A stretch of DNA of 64,000 nucleotides, taken from assembly GCF_001194135.2 (NCBI RefSeq), contig NC_068982.1:22496620-22560619 (forward strand), in the 5' to 3' direction. The translations under genes and the position numbers were made by a program. The notes below the pieces were generated by a model. That model saw nothing but the letters and a program-made list of their open reading frames with translations, ran no database searches and was not told the origin of the DNA. Numbering within the stretch: the first letter of the stretch is position 1; each line of letters opens with the position of its first letter. This DNA comes from Octopus bimaculoides (taxonomy: Eukaryota). Below, in pieces: positions 11,477 through 23,837 of this stretch.

Positions 11477-12789
11477 ACTATAGAAACCCTTAAATTCAGT
11501 TGGAGTGATTTGCAGTCTTAAAAATTTAATAAAATGTGAACGATTTAGTCGCGACCACCATTTTATTACTTTGAATTGTCATATACATACTTTCGTCTCT
11601 TACGGAAACCCAAGCTTAAATGAAAGATAAAATTCGCATGGGATTTAGTCCTGTGTAGCAGAGAATAAAGTAAAATTAAAATGGAAAATTGTAATCCGTG
11701 AAATCCGTTTTTAATATCTATTCATTAGAATGAATAGTTGAGAATTCCCGACTGTATATCAGTACCATTGTACATATATACATGTATGTATAGTCACTTA
11801 ACCCACACGTGTGCGAATACATATGGCGATCGAAATTTCTGTTAGCTTAGTTTTTCGTTAATTTAAAATCTAATAGATTAGTTAAATAAAATAAACCATA
11901 AGTTCTACCATGCTGTAATTGTCATTTGACTTTCTTGTGAATAAATAGAAATATTTCTTCCTTACATTAAAACATTCTGAGTATTTGCTTTGTGTAAATA
12001 TTTTATCAGATAAGTTTTAAGAAGAAAAAAAAACTGTCTTTTTTTCTTTTTAAAAAAAAAAAGTTTCAAAGTATTTTAAAAAATCTTTGGCGTTCATGGA
12101 CACGTGCTAAGGTGTGGACCATCGCTTTAGAAGCACATGGGTTATACATGTTCCTCGCCGAAAATCCACTCGAATTTTGTATATTAATCACTGCTAAATT
12201 ATTAATTATATCGTTTATACAACAGAATAATTATTAAAAGAATTTAAATCTGGTTATTGTGACAAAAGTTTTAGCCTTTATTTCTTTCGTTTGCTGTAAG
12301 CTATTATGCCGCTCTCGTCATCCTCAAACCCAAATGATTCAAATTTAAATCAGTAAAAGTATTGAATTTGAAATAGTATCAATATATATAAATATATATT
12401 GCTGTATTTTAATTATTAGTTTAGTAATCAATATCCTAAATAAAGTATTGTTTCGTGCTAGTGTTTGTATTTCGGCATATTTATTATTTAACATTTAAAT
12501 TGCCTTTGTAGCTTAATGGAGTCGCTTTAGCCTGATAAACGAGTTGGTAGTGGACCCATATAACTTATTTGTCGAGCCATTTAACTACTGCAGAGAAAGA
12601 GAGAGAGAATTAAAATTAAAAAAATGACAAAACTTATTGGATTCATTGTTTCTCATAGTTCTGAAAATGCCAGTTTTTTTATTTTTTATTTTTTTTTCCC
12701 TCTTGTTTTGCTTGGCTGAAATCTTCCCCGGTCTGCTAGTTTTTTTTCTTTTCTCTCTNNNNNNNNNNAAAAAAAAAAAAAAAAAAAAA

Positions 12790-12915
12790 CGAGGAAAGGT
12801 CTGCCTATGTGGCAAGGCGTGCTTCTGGGTCAACCTGTCTTTTTTTGTTCAACATGGCGTCGTTCTCACGTGATGTCAGCTTAGCGAGCGAGATGGCCTT
12901 CTCCTCTCAGTAAAT
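12790..12915. promoter_or_regulatory. Promoter-like module 2 (YY1-like core and E-box)
   Basis: aacatggcg 12851-59 and tcacgtga 12866-73; CpG-rich patch in AT-rich surroundings. Confidence 0.5.
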
Positions 12916-15169
12916 CCTCCCTCCTCGAATCATCGATTGATTGATAGACGATATAGACATACATACATTGATTCATTGCTCTTCGTCACTCGAAATTATA
13001 TTAGTACATAACATGGTGGCAATAAGTTTTTTTTTCTTTTTTTTTTAAAAAAGAAGAGACGGTACGAGGGGGTGGTTTAAAGAAAAATGACATTACAGTT
13101 TAATGCTTCTCGAAATCTCATTTTCCCTCTTCAACAACGAATTCAATTTAAATCGTTTTACTCACAGCGACCCCCCCCCCTATTTCTATTTCTCTCGTTG
13201 CTGACATTTTTCAAAAGCTTGTGGTTGTCTGCAACAACTATATGATATATAAATATATATAGATATAGTTTTGTCACATACCATCTTCCTCTCTCTCTCC
13301 TCTTTGTTCCATAATTTGTCAGTTGTGTCGCTATTATAAAAGCACAGCATCCCATGTTCGGTCGGCAACGTTAGAATTTTTCCTTCTTTTATATATATAT
13401 ATATATCTTTTTTTTTCTTTTACTCTGATAACTTTAGTGCCATGTATATTTTAATCGTGTGTAATTTGTTTAAAGAAAAAGCCGATTTCCCTCTCCATAT
13501 ATACATACACATATAATATACACCGCTATCGCTACGTAGTAGATCGTTGCTGCTGCACTAACATATATATATGTATACTACATATACCAACATTGTGCGA
13601 AAGTGAGGTGGTATGACAACAGGAAAGCTGTTAGCAGACAAATAACCAAAGCTACTACTTCGGTTATAATAATAGGTGCGCCACTGTTCTTCAACATGCT
13701 TTGATCGCACTACATACCATATACCAGCGCCCTTAATGTTCTCTTACATATATATGTATATTGCACGCCGCCGATGTATTACTCATTGACTGTTTAAAAT
13801 TAAAAATACTGCAGAAATTTAAATTACATCATGTCATAGATACGGATTGAGCTAATGGCTCATTATTTTATTATTATTTTTTTTGTTACTTTTCAAACCA
13901 TATCTTAATCATTTCCAATTGAGTGTTTTAATAATGGTGGGAAAGAGGAAGCGAATATAGTATTGTCGGAATTAATGACACCCGTTCGTTTAAACAGTCT
14001 TTTTTTTTGTTTTAGTTTGTTTTTAAGTGTACTTTAGTGCAGAACGATAAAACCCTATTTCTTAGTTCGAATTCGGCGGTGTGAAGTTATTTTATATATA
14101 AATCAAAATTATTAACGACAAATGAAACCGGATACTGTATTTGAATATTTTTTTTTTTTTAAACGCTTTGTCCTTAAGTCGATTGTAAACTTATCGTATC
14201 ACGAGGCATGGCTCAGTAAATTCTTGTCCTTACACGTCATAGAATATAATATATGGTTTAATTTTTTTATTTTTAACATGTCGGTGATCCATAATGACTT
14301 TGTATGAAAAAAAGTATTTTAAACATATTAAAGAAATTTGAAGTTTGTAAATAAATGAGATTTGTTTATTGGTTATTTATTCATTTAGTAGTTTATTTAA
14401 CCTTTTTCTGTTTTAAACCGAACATATTTAGTAAAGTCGACTTAGTGGAAAAAAACTTCAAATTTTAGTGTTCGTTACTCTTCGTTGGTTTCCGTTTCCT
14501 CTCGGTTATGACTAATTCGTAGCAAGAAATGAAATAGTTACATAATATACACTCGTTGCCTTTTGAAAATATGTCCATGATTGCAAAATATGTGTACGCA
14601 ATCTTGCATAAAAAATTGCTTAATAAAATAACTTTTTATAGTTTTTATTTTTTTTATTCGTTTTCGGAGTGACACGTTGATATATGACTACGTAGATGGC
14701 TCTCAATTTTTGTATGGCTGTTTATATCGATTCGCACCCAAATCATCACAACCACACATACTGGCCTATTGAATATGTATACGTGTAGCAGCTTCACTAT
14801 TTTCTGACCCTAATAAGTCATCGTAATTTTAATGTCTTCTGTTGATGAGGCCTGTTTAAAAAAAATTTTTTTTTATTATTATTAAATTTCGACATAGATC
14901 GTTTCCACAGAACACCGTAAAAGTTGTAGGGCTTTCCATAAAATCTCTCATTATGTCTAGAAGTATATATAATTAGTGGAACACCAGATGTTAAATTATC
15001 AGAATAATAGTAAAATTACCAGTACATAATACATTCATCGTGTACTACTATTAAATATTGAAAGTAAAATATTAAGAGGGATCGTATTGTAAGACACTAC
15101 ATTTAATTATTGAACTTTAAAATAAAAGCCAATGAAAATAAAAGTATCATGTTCTAATCTTCTCCCCCT

Positions 15170-15329
15170 TGCAACGCTGTGTGTTTGTAAGTTGGGGTTC
15201 AGCGTCTGACGCGCTGGTTTCAGTTTTAAAAGTTTCGAGTTGGCGCTAATATCCCATGGTCAATGTTTGGCGCAGGCGCATTGCGATCGCCGCCAAGTGG
15301 TTTCCTCAGACGCCATAATGTCTGAACAG
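15170..15329 (+). promoter_or_regulatory. Promoter-like module 3 and probable proximal 5' exon of the TIA-1/TIAR gene
   Basis: Densest CpG patch in the window; NRF1-like gcgcaggcgca 15270-80 and YY1-like cgccat 15311-16; ends in a donor at 15330. Confidence 0.7.
15318..15329 (+). CDS. Candidate upstream first-exon coding stub MSEQ, in frame with the 15565 exon
   Basis: cgccataATGTCTGAACAG|gtactt sits just downstream of a promoter-like module. A 235-nt GT-AG intron (15330-15564) in phase 0 gives MSEQ-MPGEES. Prediction only. Confidence 0.6.
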
Positions 15330-15564
15330 GTACTTGTCTCCCCCACCTCCTTTCGATTATTATTGTTATTTACTCGTGTCTTCGAACTGCTTATCGTCTT
15401 TTTTTGTGGGTTTTTTTTTTCTTTTTAATCCTAAAGTGTGAAAAAGAGAAAAAAAAAAAATCCCTCCCATTTTTTTTTTGTTTTGTTTGGTATTAACCCT
15501 TGATGAAACAAATGTGCATTTGTTGTCGTTAAAGATATATCTTTTCCATTATTTCCTTTTTCAG

Positions 15565-15596
15565 ATGCCTGGCGAAGAGTCACAGCCACGTACACT
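15565..15596 (+). CDS. TIAL1: TIA-1/TIAR family gene, coding exon MPGEESQPRT(L); ends in phase 2
   Basis: Acceptor ttttccattatttcctttttcag is followed directly by ATG; donor CT|gtaagt at 15597. Joins in frame to the 16217 exon, giving PRTLYVGNL, the TIA-1/TIAR RNP2 context. The single invertebrate gene is co-orthologous to TIA1 and TIAL1, so the symbol is a family-level label. Confidence 0.93.
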
Positions 15597-16216
15597 GTAA
15601 GTACTTTTTTCTATTTTAACCCTTACTTTTAAAGACGAGGTGTTTCTTTCTTTTTTTTATATAAGTTATGTGTGTATAAAGGAAAGGGCATGTTCGAAAT
15701 TTATATTTATATATGTCTGTCTAGAAGCATAGCATAGCATAGCGTATCGTTCGTGACCTACCCCCCCCCCTTCTCTTGCCGACAATTTTCCACTCGTATT
15801 TTTCTGCTCTTTCTGATTGAGGTCTTTGAATTTAGATTTCGTTTTTATATACAGTGTAGTTATATAATTCATTTCGATAAATCTAAAATGCTGTCCATGC
15901 AACGATTATCCTTCTGAACTGTGTTATGTATGACAATAAGTGGCGGCAGCTATACGTGGCTATGGTAGTTATTATTGGAAGACATATTTATGCAAACATA
16001 ATCTCGTTACCGTGTGTGGATACGTGTACCGGCACACTATATATATGTAATATATATTTATTGCATGCATATGTGCGTGTATATGTTTACATATGCACGC
16101 ATAATGAGTGTATGTGTTATATACACGTTTTGTGTGTTTTGCATGAAGTTGTCCACGTAATGATAGCTGATCTGATCCCTCCTTTCTATTCATTTTATTT
16201 TCTTCTTTTTTTGTAG

Positions 16217-16313
16217 GTACGTCGGCAATTTAGATCCTTCTGTCGATGAAAATTTCATTCTAGCCTTATTTACTCAAATGGGGCCATGCAAAAGCTGTAA
16301 GATCATCCATGAA
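16217..16313 (+). CDS. TIAL1: TIA-1/TIAR coding exon, RRM1 N-half (L)YVGNLDPSVDENFILALFTQMGPCKSCKIIHE
   Basis: 97 nt; acceptor ttcttctttttttgtag, donor GAA|gtaagt. Contains RNP2 and the family GPCKxCK motif. Confidence 0.96.
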
Positions 16314-19300
16314 GTAAGTAACTTTATTCTACTTATATATCTATCTCTCTCTATATATAAAGAAATGTACATTTCTTTTAAAATGTACAAAGTACATATG
16401 GTAATTTCATGATTATAAACAGTTTGTGTGAAATAGTTCATAATATGCGTGAGTAATTGTGTTTATTTTGTAATGATTTTTATAAGTTCCATATTCAGTT
16501 TGTGATATTGACGAAATACTTGTAGCATGTGCACATAAATAACTCAGATCACGACTGTAATAATATCGGTTGCTGTTCAGCTGTTAGTCTATTGACGTGT
16601 CATGTATGTATAATGTGTTTGATCTAAATTACCCGTGTAATAGCAGTTAACCTTTCTATTGTCCATATGGTTTAATGTGTTGTAGGAGCTGCTGATTTAT
16701 TAGTTCCTGTATTTTAAATTTGTGAAAATCTGAATTAAATCTAGTTTTTATTTTTTTCTCTTTTTCTCTCATTAGAGATTGTTTGTGTGGTAAAAGGTTA
16801 CATTAAAACAAGGAGTGGTTTTGCATTTTTTTTTAAAGAAATAGGAGCTTTAGTACAGTTTTTTTTGTTTTAAGCCTTATTTATTAAACTTGATGAAGAA
16901 ACAAAGGTGTGCGGTTTGAATTTCTAACGTATTGCAGAAGTTAGTGTTGATCACGCAAAAATGTTTTGCTTGCTTTGATATATTTAGACATGTTTGTACA
17001 CACATTTACATGAAATGTTTAATGTGTGTAGTGAGTTGATTGATGCCAGCAATTTCTTTTGAACATTGTTTCAACAAATGAAAAAAGGGATTGTAAAGAA
17101 ATCTAAATTATGATTTTAGTTGAATGTTACAGTTTTAAGTGATTTTGTGTTCACTTGATTTTTGAATTTTTATGGGAATTTTCTGGAGCAAAGATTTCAA
17201 AACATTCTACTTTAGATTCCTCCCTTATGTCTATCAGTTTGTCCAAAATCTTTCCTATTTGTCTTGAGTAAATTTTTGCATTGTTTTAATATAAGGTTAA
17301 AATTGGAGAAAAAGAAAACACTATTTTGACAAATCATAACCTCATGAAGAAATGTATAAAATTTCTTTTTATTCTCGGTGTTAATGAATTGAAAGTAAGT
17401 TTAAATTATTTCTTTATTGTTGGAATCATAAAAATTTACAGCTAACATCAAAGAGAATTTTAAATTTGCATATACGTGTATGACTCCCAAAAGGAAGATA
17501 TTTTATAAAATCAGATTCCTTTATATTGAGAAACTCTGGTCTGGAAGAAGCTCTCATGTCCACTGTTTTTGTTGACTGCCACAAAACAATTATATCCATG
17601 TTTAAATGTCCCTCTTGAGCAGCTGTTAGAATATCCTGTTCAGGAAGAGAATTTTGTCGTGCTAGCACTGAAAAAGGACGGACTGGGAGAAATAGTTAAA
17701 GCAATGCCTTGGAACATGGACACTGACTGACCAGTAAATTGGGTGCACCTAATTAGATGATGGCATGGGACCAGTGAACTCCGAGAAGCAGAGGCCATGT
17801 GTATTAGCCATGGAAAAGGCAGAACATAGTGGACCAGAGATGGGAGTGTTTTAATAAACTACTTAATGGCTATCAGGATATTGTCTAGAATGGCTGTAGT
17901 GTGCCAACGTTTCAGTGACTGTGACCTAATATTTATGATGATGCAACATTTGTTCAAAATTTTTTTTTTTTTTCTGTGTAAGTTGTATCCTTTTAAATAC
18001 AAAATGCTATATGATTTGAGTGAATTTGTTAAATTGTAAATCCCACCCGTTTGATATTCCTCTGTTTTTGTACCAAGAATTCTTAGATCTTATTCTTTCT
18101 TGAACTACCTTTTATTTCCCTCTTGGCTGTGTTTGACACATTCGGTGGGAGATGTTTTCTGCATAGCAATTAGGTAAAGCAAGAATTTCACAAATAAAAC
18201 ACTTTTAAACATCTATTTAACTGTAATAACCATGTGAAGTCAGGTATCTTCATTTCATGTCTACTTCCCAACTTGGTATATGTTGCTGGGATTGTCACTG
18301 TCCAAGACACTTATTTGGAACTGCTGCCTTCTATGCATTAACTCTTGACTTCATAATTTCTTGGATTACAATTTGGCCAAAGATTCCATAATGGAAATAA
18401 AAGCTAAAAGTATATTCTTGAAACCTTATTAACTTTGCAATCTGTTATTTTGAAAACATCCATTTTAAGGAATTCTTACTTCAAATGCTCTCTAGCTGGT
18501 TAATATAACTTTATAATGGTTTACATTCTATTTGCACATTTTGTAATCAGTAATTCCTCCAATTCTTTTTTTTTTTTTACAGCTGTTACATATTGATTAA
18601 TGGATGATTTAAGCTTTTTTTTTTTACAAAGCTCAAACTATGTAATGTTACACATTGTGGGTACGACATTTGGAATGTGATTTTGTTCACTTTCACGAAA
18701 AATTAGTCATTTATTATAATTCTTATGAAATAAATGAATTGTCATGCATTTCAATAACTTCTAAAAGTAATTAGTAATTTGAAGTGATCTACGAATCAAC
18801 ATTTGTGTTATTAGGCCACTTCTTCAAACATGTAGCTCTTACATGAAATTGCCAGGAGTGTTACATAATTTAAGAGAAGGTGTTTTAAATTTCAGTGCAA
18901 AGGATGCTTGTGAATTTCTTGGTAAAGGTTTCCACTCTTTCAGATAAGACTTAAATAGTTTGATGCAAAAGAAAGAAATTGGAATCCTTGTCTGAGTGAT
19001 ATCTCGTTTGTTGCATCCACAGTTGAGATTTGACTATATGTAGTGAACCTTTCTTGCAAGAAATTTACAATGTTTGGTTTAAATGGAAATTTGGAAGTTA
19101 ATATAGTTACTTTAAAACTTCTGTTTTGGAAACAATATGTAATGGTTTATAAATTGAATATATTATGTGCATTTGAGTCATTAGGTAAGTTAGGGATTTG
19201 TACAGCATAGCTTCATAAAATTTTGAAGTAAGTGGATTCTCAAGAGTATTTGAGAGCTTATGGGCATTAGGTCTCCAGTATTTACTCAGTCAGAAGTGTG

Positions 19301-20438
19301 CTGAATTAAGGGATTTTTAAAAAAATGATAGAATTATTACTTGGATAGTCCTGCTAAAAAGTCTTGGTTTTACTATTTCAATCCTCAACTACATTTTCTT
19401 TTGGTTAAAGTGCTTGATGTTACCTGTTCTTGTCAGCTCAGCCAAAAGAGGTAGACTCTCTATGACAACCAGACCTCTTTCTAATCAAACCCTATTTGTT
19501 GCTTAATATTTTTAGTATTTAAACCAACCATATCCAGCATAAGCAATCACATTATAGAAATCTCAAAGCAACAAGGTAATGCATAATTCAGAACAATGAG
19601 AATAAATAAGCATTACATTTGATAGAGTAATCTGAATGCTAAAAGGTTTAAGTTAAATCTCCATTGAAGTTAGACAATTATGTGAAGAGCTTTGTTAGAT
19701 TATACTTAGAATCTTATGGTATAGAAAGGTTTTAGTTCTGCTATAATAACCTTAAAACTGTAATTAATACTTATTGTCATTTCTTTAAACATTCATAGTT
19801 TTCTATAAAACTTCATCTCTCAATATATGATTATTTTAGAATTCAGACATTGGTTGTGTGGAATGTCTTATCAATTTTACAACTTCTTGGTAGCATTCCT
19901 CTCAAAATACCAATATCTTAAATATGGTGGTTTTATGATATTTAGGAACTTTTATGACAATACCAACATCTAGCCCTCTTTTAACCCTTTAGCATTTAAA
20001 CTGGCCAGATCGTGCCTTTCACATCTCTGAAGATGGCCATGTTAGCAGCAGCTTTACTGTTTGTGGGTCGTAAGATAGCTTATTAGGCCAATATTAATAT
20101 ATGGTTAGTGTGGGCATGTAATATGCAGAGTAAGCACCATGTGGGACTCTGTGCTTTTTGTGCAGCATTCCTCTCCTGTAGCACTATGCCACAGTGAGCA
20201 AGCAATCTTGCATAGGGAACAGGTGTTAAGCATATATCGAAATGCAACTTCACACTAGACATTTTGTGGGGTGTACTCAAATTGTCTCATCATGGACAAC
20301 TATGGAGCAATGTTTTAAAACTTGGAATAATTCATATGATTCATATAGAATAGCAAGAATCCAAACATTGTATTGATTCTCAGTACAGTAATTTTTTAAA
20401 AACTTAATCTAACTGTTGAACTGTCATTTCTGCTTTAA

Positions 20439-21865
20439 CCCTTTCGTTACCAAACCGCCCAAAGCCGCCCGAAAAAAATTTTGGTTCATGTGACCAAGCT
20501 GCCCAAAACCGCCCGTAATCACCTATTCATATTTAAATGAGAATATCTGAGCAAATCTCGTTAGTACATTCGTGAAAACACGTGATTATTTGTGTAAACA
20601 GTTCAGCTATAGTTTTGTACGACGATCAACGTGTTTTTTTAATTTTGTGAATTTTGGGAGATTTTTTTCCAAATTTGTTCCTGTTGTGTTTTCAAAATTT
20701 GCAATCCTGACAAAAAAATGGATACNNNNNNNNNNNNNNNNNNNNNNNNNNNNNNNNNNNNNNNNNNNNNNNNNNNNNNNNNNNNNNNNNNNNNNNNNNN
20801 NNNNNNNNNNNNNNNNNNNNNNNNNNNNNNNNNNNNNNNNNNNNNNNNNNNNNNNNNNNNNNNNNNNNNNNNNNNNNNNNNNNNNNNNNNNNNNNNNNNN
20901 NNNNNNNNNNNNNNNNNNNNNNNNNNNNNNNNNNNNNNNNNNNNNNNNNNNNNNNNNNNNNNNNNNNNNNNNNNNNNNNNNNNNNNNNNNNNNNNNNNNN
21001 NNNNNNNNNNNNNNNNNNNNNNNNNNNNNNNNNNNNNNNNNNNNNNNNNNNNNNNNNNNNNNNNNNNNNNNNNNNNNNNNNNNNNNNNNNNNNNNNNNNN
21101 NNNNNNNNNNNNNNNNNNNNNNNNNNNNNNNNNNNNNNNNNNNNNNNNNNNNNNNNNNNNNNNNNNNNNNNNNNNNNNNNNNNNNNNNNNNNNNNNNNNN
21201 NNNNNNNNNNNNNNNNNNNNNNNNNNNNNNNNNNNNNNNNNNNNNNNNNNNNNNNNNNNNNNNNNNNNNNNNNNNNNNNNNNNNNNNNNNNNNNNNNNNN
21301 NNNNNNNNNNNNNNNNNNNNNNNNNNNNNNNNNNNNNNNNNNNNNNNNNNNNNNNNNNNNNNNNNNNNNNNNNNNNNNNNNNNNNNNNNNNNNNNNNNNN
21401 NNNNNNNNNNNNNNNNNNNNNNNNNNNNNNNNNNNNNNNNNNNNNNNNNNNNNNNNNNNNNNNNNNNNNNNNNNNNNNNNNNNNNNNNNNNNNNNNNNNN
21501 NNNNNNNNNNNNNNNNNNNNNNNNNNNNNNNNNNNATGTGGATTCTTCTATAATAATATTTTGTTGTATACCCAATTGAATATTAGCTAATAACCCATTT
21601 TCTATAGCGATGTTTGAACAAAAATTTAAATAATTTTATATTTTGTTGAATTTACCTGTAATTAAAGTCACTTTGTGACAAAAAATTTGGTATAGAATTG
21701 GTTGAGAACCTTTCGTTAATTTATCTTCCAAAAATCACATTAATATGTTGATAAATAAAAAAGTTAGAGTTGTTTAACGAAACCAGCCTAAATTTATGAT
21801 TATGTTAGAAATTAATTGAAACACATAAGGGGTGTAATTTGGTTAGAAATATGGTAACGAAAGGG
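20439..21865. mobile_element. Non-autonomous piggyBac-like element (MITE) spanning an 810-N gap
   Basis: Perfect 14-bp terminal inverted repeats ccctttcgttacca / tggtaacgaaaggg, flanked by TTAA at 20435-38 and 21866-69. Confidence 0.8.
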
Positions 21866-23029
21866 TTAACAGGCAATGTTTTTCTGAACTTGACATTTAC
21901 TTATCTTTCTAGTTTTTATCAGTCTTTCGTACTTCTATTGAATATTTTGTATACACTTCAAAAGTCATGTTTTTTTCAACCTGTAGCTGCTTGTATTTCT
22001 CCTACAACCGATAACCTCAACAACTTACATCTAAATCTTAACCAATCAATGTATGCAAGTGTTTGAGGATCTGAAGCACTTCTGAATAAGCCCTGTTCCT
22101 CTCTGGCTAGATAAAATTAGACCCAAACATTTCGTTGTAAAAACAATTAGAAAAGCATTGTCCCAAATTTCTAGGAATTTTTTTCTTTAATTTTTCTCAT
22201 TCATTTAATTAGTTGCTATGGTATTAATGGCATATGGTTATAAAATTTGACTTCCCTGAGTACCTACAGTTCTTGTTTTAACTAGATGCTTTTTTTAAAT
22301 GCATTGAGTAGGAAGTGAGCAAAGTAGACTAGCTGAAATAATGTGCTCTACCATCTTTACGATATCAAGTGAGCTTCAATCTTTCTCTTTATATATATTG
22401 AATTGACTTCAAAGACCTGATGTTCCACACAATTCTTTAGTTTCTGATTGTCAGTTATACGGCCATCCTATCTTTTTCCGCACGTATATGTTCAATATAT
22501 GTTTCCTTTTCTAAAGACCATAGATTGTGATATAAAGGGAGATATCATTGTTGTTTCTAATAAGCTGAGTGACTGTAAAGGTTCGTTTCCACAGTTTTAG
22601 ATAATGTTATCTAGAATTAAGTTGTAACAATTAGAATCGACACATTTTTCTGTTAAAAGTCTGAGCACCATGTAGAAATGTTGTTTTTTTTTCATTTCAG
22701 ATTCCTTTGATATTTAAAAACGAGTAAAAAAAACTGGTTAATTGTTTTCCTTGATTTTAATACTTCTTCGAGCTTTTGTTAAAAAGACTCTGTTGCATGA
22801 CATTCGCCATTTTTAGCTTTCTAAGAATCCTTTATGGAGTCACTTGAAACTACCAGTGTCACTTGATTAATTGCAAAAACTTGTCTGCAGGAAATTGCTT
22901 GAACTCTTACAAATCTGGTACTTTGGTTATATCTAACTTAAAATAAATTTTCATTTTCAAGTAGATATTGTCTTTGTTTAGTAGGTATTGCCAATTTTAA
23001 CCGATAAACGTTTGAACTTGCTATAATTG

Positions 23030-23134
23030 AGCCAAGTATTCAAACTGGCCAGATCCAGCCTCTCACACCTATAGTTCAAAACAGTGTGAATAAGCATTGC
23101 ATTTAACAGAATAATTTGAATGCTAAAGGGTTAA
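23030..23134. mobile_element. Internally deleted copy of the short MITE
   Basis: ttcaaactggccagatccagcctctcacacc joined to acagaataatttgaatgctaaagggttaa. Related fragments lie at ~19515-19652 and ~19981-20020. Confidence 0.55.
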
Positions 23135-23741
23135 TAACTATCTCTTTTCTAGACATAATGTTGACTTTGTTTTCCTCATCAGTGAAATGAATTCAAATTG
23201 ATAATCAAGTTGTTAATCTGCAGGAATTACCAACAGCACAATACAGAAAACTGCTTTTATAGATGTCTCTTGGATAAGGGTTATATTTGTTAAGTGTTAT
23301 ACTTGTATCTTATTTCTCAGAGTTCTCAACAATATTTTGATGCTTGTTACCTACAAATTTTGGCTACATGTAGAAAGATGTCCGAGAGCTGTTTGAGAGG
23401 AAAAGCTAAATGAATAGGAAAAGGTGGACTACTTCAGCAAATATTACTAGACTAAATGTCTTGGTTGTCCTAGTCATTAGAAATATCTTTGAAAAAGATA
23501 GCTGGAGACATTTTATCCATATCACTTAGCCCCTGTAATGTAATTAAATGAATTTTCCAAATAATTCCTTTGAATTGCTGCTTTGGTAGAAAAATCATCC
23601 AAATCAAATGAAATCATTGATATATAAATGCTGTGTTTTTCATATAAATATGTACTTGTTTTTTTTTTAATATTTTTGTTTTTATTTAGTCTGTTGTTTA
23701 ATCTTAGTTTTATCTAATCTGTTATACTTTCCATCTTTCAG

Positions 23742-23837
23742 CCTGGAAACGATCCTTATTGTTTTGTTGAGTTTTATGACCATACTTCAGCAGCTTCGGC
23801 TCTTGCAGCTTTGAATAAACGCTTTTGTATGGGACGG
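23742..23837 (+). CDS. TIAL1: TIA-1/TIAR coding exon, RRM1 [32 protein letters not shown]
   Basis: 96 nt, phase 0-0; acceptor tactttccatctttcag, donor CGG|gtaagt. NDPYCFVEF is the diagnostic RNP1 of TIA-1/TIAR RRM1. Confidence 0.96.

Noticed and set aside
19181-19190. ttag|gtaagt recursive-splice-like motif
   Set aside because: No upstream polypyrimidine tract.
20572-21590. Long ORFs in the supplied track (also 35154-35389, 40383-41159, 50648-50974)
   Set aside because: They are runs of X across N-gaps, not coding sequence.
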